Origin: Octopus sinensis
Taxonomy: Eukaryota
Assembly (NCBI RefSeq): GCF_006345805.1
Contig: NC_043000.1
Coordinates: 30,628,001 to 30,692,000, forward strand
Direction: 5' to 3'
DNA length: 64,000 nucleotides
Part shown: positions 1 through 11,925 of the stretch, one piece after another
Numbering within the stretch: position 1 is the stretch's first letter
Layout of the letters: the number at the start of each line of letters is the position of its first letter
Translations under genes and position numbers: made by a program
The notes under the pieces: model-generated
Told to the model about the DNA's origin: nothing
Databases searched by the model: none
The model's input: only the letters and a program-made list of their open reading frames with translations

Positions 1-239
1 TCCTTTAAAAGAATGTGGAGATTTTAGTTACTTCACTTCCTTGATGCCAATTTATTCAAATGAGAAAAGAAGTAAATAAACCTTCTATAAATAGCTTTTT
101 TATTCAAGTCAAATGTAACTAGAGTCTAATAACACCTATTTTACGTTTACGTTTTTTTTATTCCGAACCTTCTGGATCCTGCATGGTATAGAAAGCATAC
201 AAACAACAGTATATTGTACTTCCATTTAGCCATAATTCC

Positions 240-560
240 TAGCCTTATATGAACCGAAAACTCATTAATCAGCTTCTGCAGTTCTTCACCTAAATGATCG
301 ATAAAGGAAAAGCCGCTCACCTTAGGGAATTGGTATCAATCTTCAATCGATATCTAAGAGATTCATTATTTATCCCCCCACCAGTTACCATACCCGGTGC
401 CAATGCGATAGGCCATCTTCTAACGAAGAATTCAATTTGCCGTCAATAGCGGAGCAGTCTTATTTCATGGAATTACGCATGTATGGCAGCATCGTCAAAT
501 GGAATAGCTTCCTTCAATATTTATTTTCCATTTACTTCGAAGAATCAGCTGGTATTCTTT
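240..560 (-). pseudogene. Highly decayed Penelope-like RT remnant
   Basis: Manual minus-strand translation across frameshifts gives FFEVNGK*ILKEAIPF...RLLRY*RQIEFFVRRW...FSFID, resembling PLE RT motifs (YFEFNG..Y.Q..G.PMG / LRYVDDIF / PFLD). Many stops. Confidence 0.3.
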
Positions 561-579
561 CTCTCCATACAAACACACA

Positions 580-591
580 TATGTATGTATG

Positions 592-625
<34 letters not shown>

Positions 626-699
626 TGTATGTATGCATGTATAATGTATGTGTATGTATGTCTAGCTATATGTACACATACACTACACACGCACACAAT

Positions 700-747
<48 letters not shown>

Positions 748-752
748 ATATA

Positions 753-820
<68 letters not shown>

Positions 821-985
821 GTCTGTATGTGTGTGTATGGATATATATGCATGTACGTATATGTATACACATCTCTATACATGATATACATATACACCTA
901 CACACACACACATATATATATGTGTGTGTGTGTGTGTGTATGTGTGTGTGTGTGTATGTGTGTGTTTGTGTGTGTGTGTGTTTAT
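580..985. repeat. Compound microsatellite (TATG)n/(CA)n/(TA)n/(TG)n
   Basis: Directly visible; explains the overlapping YI/CV-rich ORFs. Confidence 0.98.
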
Positions 986-1269
986 TTCTATACGTCTACA
1001 GTTGGCCAATTTCATTTCTATTAATACATTGCCATCGTTGATATCTTGATAAATCTGGAGGTTCTTATATTTTTACCACTTTCATGGTTTTCTTTGTGTT
1101 TTTTTCCTGCTTGCACTCAAAACCAAAATGAATTCGAACTTTTCAGGTCCAGTATAAAAGACAAATTTTTAAATTAATTTCGGAAGAATAAGTTTGAAAT
1201 TCATTATTAAATGTCAAAATGAAATTCCAATTTATTCTTCTAAATGGAATATATTTCTAACAGACGATG

Positions 1270-1520
1270 TAGGTGCAGATATGGCTGTGTGGTTAAAAGT
1301 TTGCTTCCAACCACATAGTTCCAAGTTTAGTCTCATTGCGTGGCACTTTGGGCAGATGTCTTCTACTATAGCCTCGGACCATTGCTGTTGTGTTTATGCC
1401 CCGTTACATAGCGGTTCAGTAAAAGAAACTGATAGAATAAGTGCTAACCTTAAAGATTAAATAATGTATTCGTTCGACTGAGATTTCTCAAGGCGGTGCC
1501 CTAAACTGCCCAATGTCTAA
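1270..1520 (+). mobile_element. Degenerate tRNA-derived SINE, family A (CORE-like)
   Basis: gcagatatggctgtgtggttaaaagtttgcttccaaccacat...ggcactttgggcagatgtcttctactatagcctcgg; homologous to the full copies at 11.9 and 35.2 kb. Confidence 0.8.
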
Positions 1521-1699
1521 TGACTGGAGCAAATATAATATTTTTTTTTATGTGACTGTGAAATACAGACAACTTTATCTCTGGATTTTTAACGGGCGAT
1601 TTTTTGGTAGATAATTGTTTCTAGTACAAAAAGCAAAAATTATAAACAGCAAATAATCTACCTTTGTGTTATCAGATACTCAGCTTGGTGGGGGTAAAT

Positions 1700-2520
1700 T
1701 TTGATTGTCTTCGAATCCTTTCCTTGTTTGGAGAGATTCATGAAACATATTCACATTGTGCATCTGCTTGTAACAACAGCAATAGCGGGAAATCGTTTCC
1801 AGTAGAGAGAGAGGTGTTTGATGATTTGTTGTAACAACGATACGCTCAGGGTTCAAGAGTCAAGGACTAGCTGCGAAAGGGAGAACAGATGTCGCCAGTA
1901 AACTGTAAGAAGTCACTGAGAAGGCAAAAGATTACATCTGACTCTAGAGAAAGGACTAGTGGTGCAGCAAGTATTACCATTGAAAATGATAGAGAAGCCT
2001 CACCCAGAGTCTCAATATGTGACTCAATAAAACTCGGGCTCTTATGCGACAGTTTCATCGCCTATATCGGTGGATAGCTCCCAGGCAGCTCTGGTGTCAC
2101 GATGGAAGGGGCCAAAACACTAACAGAGCTTTTCCACACCTGTTCCGATACCGAATGCTGCATTTAGAGACGAGGTATAGCAACACTCACAACAGACAAA
2201 TGGGTAGCGTAATTTGGGGATGAAAGGTGCAGCATTGTTTCATGCAAGAGTGAAAAAAGAATGATGAGATGAACCTGTGTGCGGGGGTGAATGGATGTAG
2301 CTGTATGAGAAGAAGAGAGGCCGTTACAGTATTGAGAATGGATAGGATAAATGGAGGACGTCATGATTGTGGGATTTTGGAAGCGAGGCTCCTTTGCACG
2401 AGAACCATTGCAATGCAGTGAAATGACGTTCATTTTGGACGTATTCTCTGATGCTTGGGTGGCAACAACAATCAATAGGATTTATGTGGAAAGCAATTCA
2501 ATGTCGATTTTATTGAAACC
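1700..2520 (-). pseudogene. Decayed APE-type endonuclease region of an L1/Tx1-like non-LTR element
   Basis: Minus strand gives MNVISLHCNGSR (cf. N.ISLN.NGLR), HNHDVL, VILAAP and FCLLSDF (cf. N.YAP, ILLGDFN) in the expected order, in broken frames. Confidence 0.4.
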
Positions 2521-2611
2521 TTTTTTGAGTCAGCAAATACATATATAGACAGTCAGTCGGACAGAGACAGACAGGCAGACATTAGATAGATAGATGAAGA
2601 GAGAGAGGGGG

Positions 2612-2693
2612 ATAGAGAAAGAAAGAGGGAGTGAGTGAGGAAGACAGAGATTGGAAACTAGATAGGTTGGTTGGTAGGTAGGCATGTAGATAC

Positions 2694-2732
<39 letters not shown>

Positions 2733-2824
2733 CAGGCATAGAGAAAGAAAGAGGGAGTGAGTGAGGAAGACAGAGATTGGAAACTAGATAGGTTGGTTGG
2801 TTGGTAGGTAGGCATGTAGATACG

Positions 2825-2858
<34 letters not shown>
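2612..2858 (+). repeat. Tandem duplication of a ~125-bp unit ending in (TA)n
   Basis: gagaaagaaagagggagtgagtgaggaagacagagattggaaactagataggttggttgg...catgtagatacgttt(ta)n occurs twice back to back. Confidence 0.9.
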
Positions 2859-2860
<2 letters not shown>

Positions 2861-3010
2861 GGAGTAAACACATAAATGTGAAACAAGGTGGAAAAAAGAG
2901 TACTCAAATACTAGTGGTAGAGTAATATGCTTTATTTTAAGCAGCAGAAAATTCAACAAAATCTGTTACTCTGAGTTTCTCGTTGCCGTTCATCAGACAG
3001 TTTTTGCTAG
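2859..3010 (-). mobile_element. Short PLE-type terminal repeat abutting (TA)n (family H3)
   Basis: Carries a hammerhead-like core on the minus strand and ends directly in a (TA)n tract. Confidence 0.6.
2957..3004 (-). ncRNA. Minimal type I hammerhead ribozyme candidate (GUA site)
   Basis: Minus strand: aaaactgt CTGATGA a cg GCAA cg a GAAA ctc a gag TA acag a tttt. Stem I ctgt/acag (+aaaa/tttt), short stem II with GNRA loop, stem III ACTC/GAGT, triplet GUA. The stem II closing pair is A.A. Confidence 0.6.
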
Positions 3011-3849
3011 AATGGAACCGATATATCAATTCAATCTAGACTCTTACAAACGATACACCTTTAAAAAGAAATGGACTTCTTTGATTGGCCCTTTAAAAAA
3101 AAACGGTCAATCTTCGAGCGATAAACAAAAAGGTCAAAAAATATATGTATATATATATAAAAAATCTTATTAAAAAATTATAAAATCCGAGGAAAAAACC
3201 TTACATTGAATAAAATACATATTGACGTTAATGAAGAAAGTATAAATTAATTCATAGAAATTAAACCTGTTATAAATATTACACTGCAATACATATTTTT
3301 ATTAAAATGTGCATATATATATCAACATACACAAAAGGATGCGCGCAAACGCCATACATATACAGACGTATGAATATAAATCTAAATATACACATAAATG
3401 CATGTGTACATATATTCACGCAAACCATCTCGCACGCAAGTTAAAAATGATCTATGTAGCGATTCTCATATACTGAGTAAGGAGGGGGGAACGAAAGAAA
3501 GGAAGAGAGAGAAAAAGGAACGAAGGAGGGGTGGGGGAAAAACGAAATAAGAAAAAATTATGTATACAAGCTGTGTAACGGCATTATTGGCATATATGGA
3601 GACAAGTATAAACACAAGTTCGAATGGATACATACACATACAGTCGTGTATATGTGTGCTTAAGCACAAACATACTCTCACTTACACATACACAGATACG
3701 CATGCTTACAAATACATATCCTCGGCTATACACATACTTACATCAACATTCTAATTTTGACAACATTGCTTTTTTTAAAAAAAAACATTGCTTTTTTTTA
3801 AAAGAATGGGTGCATTAATAAAAATATATACGAAAGACATATAAAATAA

Positions 3850-4489
3850 AATATAACACCCTATTTTGGATCATTTATAAATAATCAAGGTAATCCTATA
3901 CAATACAATAACATGAAAACAAAGTTGAAGGTTTTTCCTGATGTATATGTAGAAACATAAGACTTTGCTATACGGATTAAGATCCGCATAGCTTGGAAAC
4001 AAAATCCATCGTAGCGCTCATCGTTCAAGAGTCAAAATCAAAATTTCAAAAATCAAAAATACAAAATATATACTCTATCCATATGGTATATTTATATTCG
4101 ACATTTTAAATTTAGCCGCGTGCCTACATAAGTTCATTAGCTCACTTCTTTGATTCAAAGAATTATTGTCTTTGAATAAGATGTACATTTTTTCTTATAG
4201 ACAAAGTTTGCACTTGAAATTATTTTTGTATGCTCCATGCCTGTATGGTGCCGCCCTGTCCAGAATGCTCCATGTCACGTTGAAAGGTGGGGCTTCCTTT
4301 TCTTTTAGTTCCCAGACATATTTTGCTAGGCTGGTCCTCTTCCTAATCTCTGGGTATTTAAATGAATTTTTATGAGAATAAAATCTAGCTTTAAATGAAT
4401 TTTCTGAAGCCCCTGTGTATGTCTTGTATTCTGATGAGCCTTCCACTTGCACCTTGGCTCTATAAACTACTCCTTTCCCTAGACATTTC
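3850..4489 (-). mobile_element. 3' part of a Penelope-like element: GIY-YIG endonuclease C-terminal half plus 3' UTR
   Basis: Minus-strand translation from ~4489: KCLGKGVVYRAKVQVEGSSEYKTYTGASENSFKARFYSHKNSF...CKLCL*EKMYILFKDNNSLNQRSELMNLCRHAAKF...PYG* (stop ~4078). One internal TAA, probably from CAA. Left boundary uncertain. Confidence 0.9.
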
Positions 4490-6191
4490 TCAGAAAAATA
4501 TACCTATCCCTGCACGGAAACAATATCTCAAAGGTCTTATAGAGAAAACGGAAGAGTTTATTCGAAGATTGAGATGAAAAGCCTTCTTCTTTGATAATAA
4601 ACAGAAAATAGAAGGAAACAAATATGGATTTAAATCTCCCAGAAACCCGCCACCCATTCCGGAATTAGAAGCCTTCGAGAAAGACCTTTTCGAGCTTATT
4701 AGGAAAATTAAATTCCGCAAATATACCAACCAATTACAGAGAAACATGAGAGAAAAAATTAAGGAGATTAACGACTCGAATAAGATCTTCGTTAATTCTG
4801 ATAAGACAAGGAACTTATATGCACTTGATAAGGACGTTTATAAGCGCCTGATTTCGAATAGTGTCACAGACGCATACAAAAAAGACAACACGAATATATA
4901 CAAAGAGGTGAACTTAGAAGCAAGAGGAATAGCTAACGATCTTAAGATTAGCGATAGGATTGAATATCTTTCACCACGACCAGCTTTTATTACTCTGAAA
5001 GACCATAAAGCCAATTTTAGTAGAAACCCCAAATGTAGATTGATAAATCCGGCTAAAACTGAGATAGGAATTATTAGCAAAAATATTTTGGACCGTATTT
5101 TAGTTAAGTTAGATAGTGAAGTAGACTTGAGAATTTGGAAAAATAGTAAGTCAGTCATAGAGTGGTTTAAAAGTATTAGCCATAAGAATAATTGTAGTTT
5201 CACACAATTCGACATTATTGGCTTTTACCCGTCAATATCTAGGACGTTGCTCCTAAGGGCATTGGACTTCGCCAAGCAGTATGTCAACATCGATAGCTCG
5301 GAAATTGATATTATTATGCATGCGAGGAAATCGCTTCTTTTTTTCGAGGATTCCACCTGGATTAAGAAGACTGAGGATTCTCTTTTCGATGTACCGATGG
5401 GGGCATACGACGGGGCTGAGTTATGTATGCTCATAGGAGCCTTTATTCTCCATAATCTAAAAATAGAATTCCCTTTTATAGATGCAGGTTTATATAGGGA
5501 TGACGGTCTTATAGCCACGCATAATCTAAACGGCCATGAATCAGATAGACTTAGGAAGGACCTCATAGCTTTCTTTCAAAGGATGGGCTTACGGGTTACG
5601 ATAGATGCTAACCTGAATAGTGTAGATTTTTTAGACGTAAATTTTAATGTAAGATCGGATAGATTTAAACCTTTCCGTAAGCCCAATGAAAAGCTATCGT
5701 ATGTTAGCAAAGATTCGAACCATCCACTAGTTATCCTTAGGAACTTAGTCAGCAATGTAGGTAGAAGAATATCTTCAATTTCTTCGGACGAGGCAGCATT
5801 CCATAATGCTGCACCTTATTACGATAGCGCATTAAAGAATAGTGGATTCTCTGAGAAGATCCAGTTCAACCAGCTTAATGCTGATAATAATGCTGCACGA
5901 AGAACTAGGACCAGGAAAGTTTTGTGGTTCAACCCGGCTTTCAATTTGGCCGTAAAGACTAATATAGGTAAGGAATTTTTGAGATTAGTCTCTAAGCATT
6001 TTAAGCAGGGTCATAAATTCTATAGGATATTTAATAGAAGAACCCTGAAGGTTAGCTATTCTTGTTGCAGAAATTTCGCCTCTTACATTAGCCAACATAA
6101 TAGGAAGCTAATTGAGATTAGACATGGTGCCGAGCCCATTAAGAAATGCAATTGCAAAAACGAAAGCTCCTGTCTGTTAGAAGGGAAATAA
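4490..6191 (+). CDS. Penelope-like element reverse transcriptase (C-terminal-EN type, probably Hydra clade); one premature TGA, 3'-truncated in the Cys linker
   Basis: SQKNIPIP..YLKGLIEKTEEFIRRLR*KAFFF N-terminus, then the 481-aa ORF 4746-6191 with SDKTRNLY, FITLKDHK, FDIIGFYPSI, VPMGAYDGAE, GLYRDDGL, VDFLDV, WFNPAF, KVSYSC and CNCKNESSCLLEGK. The clade call comes from recalled motif style (YRDD, CxC..C linker), not a tree. Confidence 0.92.
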
Positions 6192-6472
6192 ACCATATTG
6201 TATTACTCATTTATATATGTACAACAGGAATATGAAATGGTAGATCGTTAGGAAGGAGAGACAAAAGAAAAGAAAAAAACCAAAGGACCACTGACGAGGT
6301 TCCGGAAGTGTGACGAAAGAACTGTATCCGATATACAATTAATATCAAATAAGCTGAAGCAAGTGAACACCAAATATATAGTGCGTGTGTCTTCATTGGC
6401 TAATCTGGCAACATGACCATCCCCAAATACAACAATATATATATATATATGAGTATGTGTGTATATGTGTAT

Positions 6473-6539
<67 letters not shown>

Positions 6540-6554
6540 GCATAAGTAATCACC

Positions 6555-6690
6555 CCAGACTCGTCTGTGAGTATGTAGTAAGGAGCTTGCTTTTCAACCA
6601 CATGGTCCCGGGTTCAGTCTCACTGAACCAAAGTTTGTGAGTGGATTCGGTAGACAGAAACCATAGAAGACCGTCTTGTATGTGTCTTTA
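6555..6690 (+). mobile_element. SINE family A 5' fragment
   Basis: gagtatgtagtaaggagcttgcttttcaaccacatggtcccgggttcagtctcact...gtgagtggattcggtagacagaaac. Confidence 0.8.
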
Positions 6691-7019
6691 TGTGCGCATG
6701 CGTATATCCCTTTGTGTGTCTTTGTTTAGTGTGTGCGTGGGGGAAATGCGTATGGTACCTGCATTATCGGTATCCCATGTATATTCACGTACGTTTAATT
6801 TCGTTTCATTTATTCTATTCCTTTGTTTTTATCTACTTACTCTTTCATTTTTTTCTTTTATTTGTATTAATTTAATTTAATTTAATTTATTATATTTTGT
6901 TTATGTATTTATTTAATTCCATTTAGTTGTCTGTCTATTGTACTAATTTATATTATTATTAGTTTATGGGGATCTTATTCTCTCATAGCTTATGGTGTGT
7001 GCTAGTATTCCATTCTACT

Positions 7020-8140
7020 TTTCATCCTCTCATGGTCGATAAATTAAGTACCAGTTGCGTAATGGGGTCGATGTAATCGACTGGCTCCCTCCCCTAAGAT
7101 TTCGGGCCTTGTGCCTTGAGTAGAAAAGAATGTTTCTTAAGATGTGTTATGAGTAAGGAAAAGCAACACAATGAACAGAATATCTCAAGAATAATTACTT
7201 TATACGGTTTATTTGTCTACAGATGGGTCTTATCTTAGAACAATAGGTTAACAATTGACTTTTTCGTAAGCCATTTCCATCGAAAGGTAATTACTTTCAA
7301 TCCAATCATTTTAGTTAATAGTTGTTTCAAATTTTGACAGAACAACTATTCGACGAGAGAGTGTAATCGATTACATTGAACCTAGTTTATTGACCCGATG
7401 AGATCAAAAGGTAAAATCGAATTCGATGGAATTTGGACGCAGCCAATAGAAATGCCACTAAGAATTTTGTCCGACGCACTAACGATTCTGCCATCTTTCC
7501 GTCTTGGTTCTAGTAACTAAAGAATCTTATATTTTCACAACTTAAATTCAAATTAATTTCCTGGACTTTAAAAGTCGAGCCTCCTTGTAGGTTACTGAAA
7601 TGTATTGAACCAATTATAATCTAATATCTTTTACATTTCAATCATTGAACGGCGGTTAATCTGGGGCACCGCCTCAAGATTGCGAAGATGGTAAATGTTA
7701 AAATTTGCCTTAAAATTTTAGTAATGTTTTTAGCTAGCAATTCTGAGGAGAAAGTTCAAGTTGATTGCCTCGACTCTACTGCTGGTAGATACATTATTTA
7801 TCAACTCCAAAAGGACCATAAGGGAAAATGTTCAGTGCGGTGTGGTTTAAACGCCGAACGCAAACGTCTAGAGCACATACTGCAAGGTGATTTTTCCGAC
7901 GCTCTAAAGATTCAAACAGCTTGCTATTTGAACGATTTTAAATTTGGGCTCAGGTCTCACAATTTCGAAAGAAGGGGGTAAGTTGATACCCTATGCCTCA
8001 GTACGTCGCTGGTACTTTAATTTACACATTCCAGAGGAATTTGAACTCGGAATGTAATGTAATGAGTCGAAACAAATACTTCTAAGTGTTTCTATTTTCC
8101 GAGGCTCTAGTGATTCTACTAGCATGTTGCCTTAACTTCC
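7020..8140. mobile_element. Cluster of degenerate SINE family B fragments, both orientations
   Basis: Fragments of ttcatcct..gtcgataaattaagtaccagtt and its reverse complement at ~7020-7130 (+), ~7330-7500 (-) and ~7930-8140 (-). Confidence 0.7.
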
Positions 8141-9109
8141 GACTTCACAATACATTGATTAAATGACTGGAGTCATCTTCGCAGCTAATTTATTTGCTGT
8201 TGAATGTAAAGACTAATATTGCAGTAAAACAAGCTGAGACGACGGTATCTGTTTTCTGAAACTTCAGTTCATAGTGCAGGATAAGAAGCGCTGTTTTTAG
8301 ATTAGAAGTTAATTGGTTTACAACAAAATAGCTTACATAAATCAACCGACGTCTTCAGTTGTACTGTAATTCAAAGAAACCATTGCCATCTGTGTATTTT
8401 CGTAGAAAGAACAATACACATCAACAAGGCAAACCCCGCTGCCAAAAAAAAAATAATAATAATAATAAATAAAAATTAAAAAAAAGGAAAACCATTGGAA
8501 ATATATTTCTATTTTTGATTAAAGGTTAATTATATTTTCGATAAATTCTGACGTTTCGAAATTTATTATTTATGGCAGTCATTTTGAAAGAACGAACATC
8601 TACATATTGTTTAAATACTTGAAGCAATGTAATTTATCATTTCATTTCGCTTCAACTACTTTATCATGGTCAGGTTTCGCCATCATTCTTTCTAAATTTT
8701 CATTTCTTATTACTTTCCCTTTGTTTCTCTGCTCCTCGCCAATATTCTCTTTTCTCTTTATTTATTGTCACTCATTATTTCTTCCCAGCCTTTATTTATT
8801 TTTTGCGGTTGCTTCTCTTTCCTTACACATTAATTCCATTGATCTCGCAATATTTTTGTGTATTTATCTAAGTTATATATTATTGTTGTTGTCATCGTCG
8901 TCTTAGTAGACATAGTTGTTGTTGTTGTTATTATTATTATTATTGATTATTTGACTCAGGTTCGTTCTTCTTCGTGGTAGAATTCATGTGGGTAATGTGC
9001 TACTACTTGTAAACTTAGGTAGCCACAGGTTTTGAATATTCTTTCAAGTGCTTAAAACACTCTTTCCTTTGTATTTACAATCCTAGAATGAAACCGACGT
9101 GATGGATCA

Positions 9110-9139
<30 letters not shown>

Positions 9140-9142
<3 letters not shown>

Positions 9143-10350
9143 GGCGAAATGCTTACCTGCATTTCGCCCGTCTTTACTTTCCGAGTTCAAATTCCGCGCA
9201 GGTCGACTTTGCCTTTTATCGATTCGGGGTCGATTAAATAAGTAACAGTTGAGTACTGGTACCGATGTAATTGACTATCCATTTCCTCAAATTTGAGGCT
9301 TTGAGCCTTTTGTAGAAAGACTTATTATTATTATCATTATTATTATTATTAGTAGTAGTAGTAGTAGTAGTAGTAGCAGTAGTAGTAGTAGTAGTAGTAG
9401 TAGTATCATTATAAGCTGACACAATCGTTAACGTGTCGAACTTTTGACATTTCTTTCGCCTCTTTTCGTTTTGGGTTCAATTGCTGCAGAGATCCACTTC
9501 GCCTTTTGATCTTTCCAGGGTTGATAAATTAAGGGCTAGTGAGGTACTGGGGACAATTGAATCAACTTAGCCGCTCCTCTCAAAGTTGCTGACCTTGGAG
9601 AAAATCTAGATAGAGTTATTAAGTTGGAGGTTCGGCTGAATCGTTGGAGTATTAGTTAGGTTTATATTGTGAGTTCGCATCCCACTAGGATAAACTTTAC
9701 CCATCATACTTTTGGGCTCCATAAAATAAGGAAAATACTCAAATATTGTAACCGACATAATCAATCAGATATTTTTCATTGATATTATTGGTCTTGAATT
9801 GAAATTAGAAGCAATTACTAAGGCAGCGGGTTGTCAATGTCATGAAGTATTTTATCCGGTTCTTTAGGGTCTGTGATATATCTAATTTCCATCTTTCTAC
9901 TGTTGACGAAATAATGTGATAGTCCAGTAATCAACTAACGCCACTACCCCCTAGATTGCTGGCCTTGAGGCTAAATTAGAAGAACGAGTTTGATAAATTG
10001 GTTTCGAATTTTGGTACAAGGCCAGCAAGATCGGAGGAGGGGTAAGTCGATTATATCGACTCCAGTGCTCAAATGGTATTTATTTTATCGATCCCAAAAT
10101 TTGAAGGGCAAAACTCTACCTGAGTGAAATTTAAACTGAGAGCGTAAAGACGGACGAAATGCCGCTAAGCATTTTGGCAGGTGTGCTACCAATTCTCCCT
10201 GTTCACCGCTGCCTCCTATAAATTCTATAAATTTACCGAATCTTTTCGTACAGGAAAGTGTTTGGGAGCATTTTTTCGCGTTCTTTACGTTCTCAGTTCA
10301 AATTGAGTCGACACCAACTTTGCCTTCCATCATTCCGAGGTCGGTAAAAT
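9140..10350. mobile_element. Dense pile of SINE family B copies with (TAT)n/(TAG)n tails
   Basis: Repeated gagttcaaattcc..gtcgactttgcctt..cggggtcgat..aagtaccag motif at ~9140, 9420, 9640, 9990-10210 (-) and 10270; (tat)n(tag)n tract at 9325-9405. Confidence 0.8.
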
Positions 10351-10354
10351 ATTA

Positions 10355-10915
10355 TTTTCTACACTAGGCACAATGTCCGAAAGTTTTGCGGGGAGGGACC
10401 AGTCGATCAGGTCGACCCCAGTACGTAACTGGTATTTAATTTATCGACACCGAGAGAATGAAAAGCAAAGTCGACCTCGGCGGAATTTGACAGACGAAAT
10501 ACCTATTTCTTTACTGCCCACAAGAGGCTAAACACAGAGGGGACAAACAAAGACAAACAAACGGATTAATTCGATTATATCGACCACAGTCCGTAACTGG
10601 TACTTATTTAATCGACTCCAAAATTATGAAAGGCAAAGTCGACCTCGGCAGAATTTGAACTCAGAACGTAGCGGCAGACGAAATACCTATTTCTTTACTA
10701 CCCACAAGGGGCTAAACACAGAGAGGACAAACAAGGACAGACAAACGGATTAAGTCGATTATATCGACTTCAGTGCGTAACTGGTACTTAATTTATCGAC
10801 CCCGAAAGGATGAAAGGCAAAGTCGACCTCGGCGGAACTTAGACTCAGTAACGGCAGACGAAATACGGCTACGCATTTCGCCCGGCATGTTAACGATTCT
10901 GCCAGTTCGCCGCCT
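10355..10915 (-). mobile_element. Head-to-tail trimer of SINE family B
   Basis: One complete head (aggcggcgaactggcagaatcg on the minus strand at ~10915) followed by two 5'-truncated units joined at gaaatacctatttc (10496-10509 and 10680-10693). Confidence 0.9.
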
Positions 10916-11925
10916 ATGTCGATAAAATATTGTATCATTTTCGTACTGAGAGTTAATTGATTAAATCCTCCCAACAAAATATCAGATTTTTTAACTTTTT
11001 TATCGGAAACATTTATTCAGAGTGCCTAATTGGCAGGATCGTTAAAACATTGGAAAAATTCTTTGCGACAGCTATGTAGGACTCTTTGCATTCTGAGTTC
11101 AAATTTCGTCGACGTTAAATTTGTTTCTGTTCTATCGAAAATAACGAAATAATGTGTCTATCCAGTACTTTGGCTGAAGGAATCAGTTAATACTCTCCTC
11201 CAATACTCAATTTTCAGTATCTTCTCTCTATCTAGAAATATCGAATAATTTAGGTTTAATCCCATAATTGCAATACTAACGTCAGCTTCGTTAAGTTTCC
11301 CATTATGATTATGACAACTCATTTATCTTGATGTATATTCAGTGCAGCCAAAATATCCGCGAGTAGTTACTTAGAACTTGTTAACAATGGTTGTCTTCCA
11401 AGAAGCCAAATTTGAAATCAAAATTTCAAACGTGATTGGTTTTCCTGGCTAGAGGGAAGCATAATCTAGATATTGCAGACTGGACCTCTTCATAGGTCAA
11501 AGTAACTGAAGAAAAAAAATCAATGTATTTTATAATTGTATTAATCAATAACAAAAGAAAGATGACAAAGGAAAAATTGACCCACAATGTATATATACAG
11601 TCCTATTAATTTTAAAAAAAGTCCTTTTTGCCATGTCTTTTGAGGAAAAAGTTCGCAGAAGAACAAAAGTAGAAAGAGTTGAATAAACAAAAATGCAGGA
11701 AGGAAGGAAGAAGAAATGAAACAGTTCAAAAACACAGCAAACTATTCTTCTGGCCATCCTGGAGAACTCGATGAAAATTCAAATTGTCCAATGAATTTGT
11801 ACAGAACTTTGGAAGACTAATATTTAATGGAATGTTTCCCAGTTTCACTTTCAAAAGCTTTCAAATTCGTTCATATATTTAGAACATTCGGACGAATGTT
11901 CTAAACGTCACAACAAAACATCCAG

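Noticed and set aside
340-560. Plus-strand YPPTSYHTRCQCD...EQSYFMEL as a Cys-loop receptor fragment
   Set aside because: Cys spacing is wrong, and the opposite strand fits a decayed PLE RT better.
3930-3965. ctgatgtatatgtagaaac as a hammerhead core
   Set aside because: A9 is missing, there is no convincing stem I or III, and it lies antisense to the element's 3' UTR.
4575-4577. In-frame TGA in the PLE ORF as a selenocysteine or read-through codon (selenoprotein-encoding Naiad PLEs exist)
   Set aside because: It falls at the conserved Trp of R-W-K, so TGG>TGA decay is simpler. The element has a C-terminal EN rather than the Naiad order, and a TAA also interrupts the EN.
6288-6335. CTGACGA...GAAA just downstream of the RT ORF
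   Set aside because: I could not form stems I, II or III; likely a chance match.
10496-10860. Regularly spaced repeats as a CRISPR-like array
   Set aside because: Eukaryotic context; the units are whole SINE bodies with no unique spacers.
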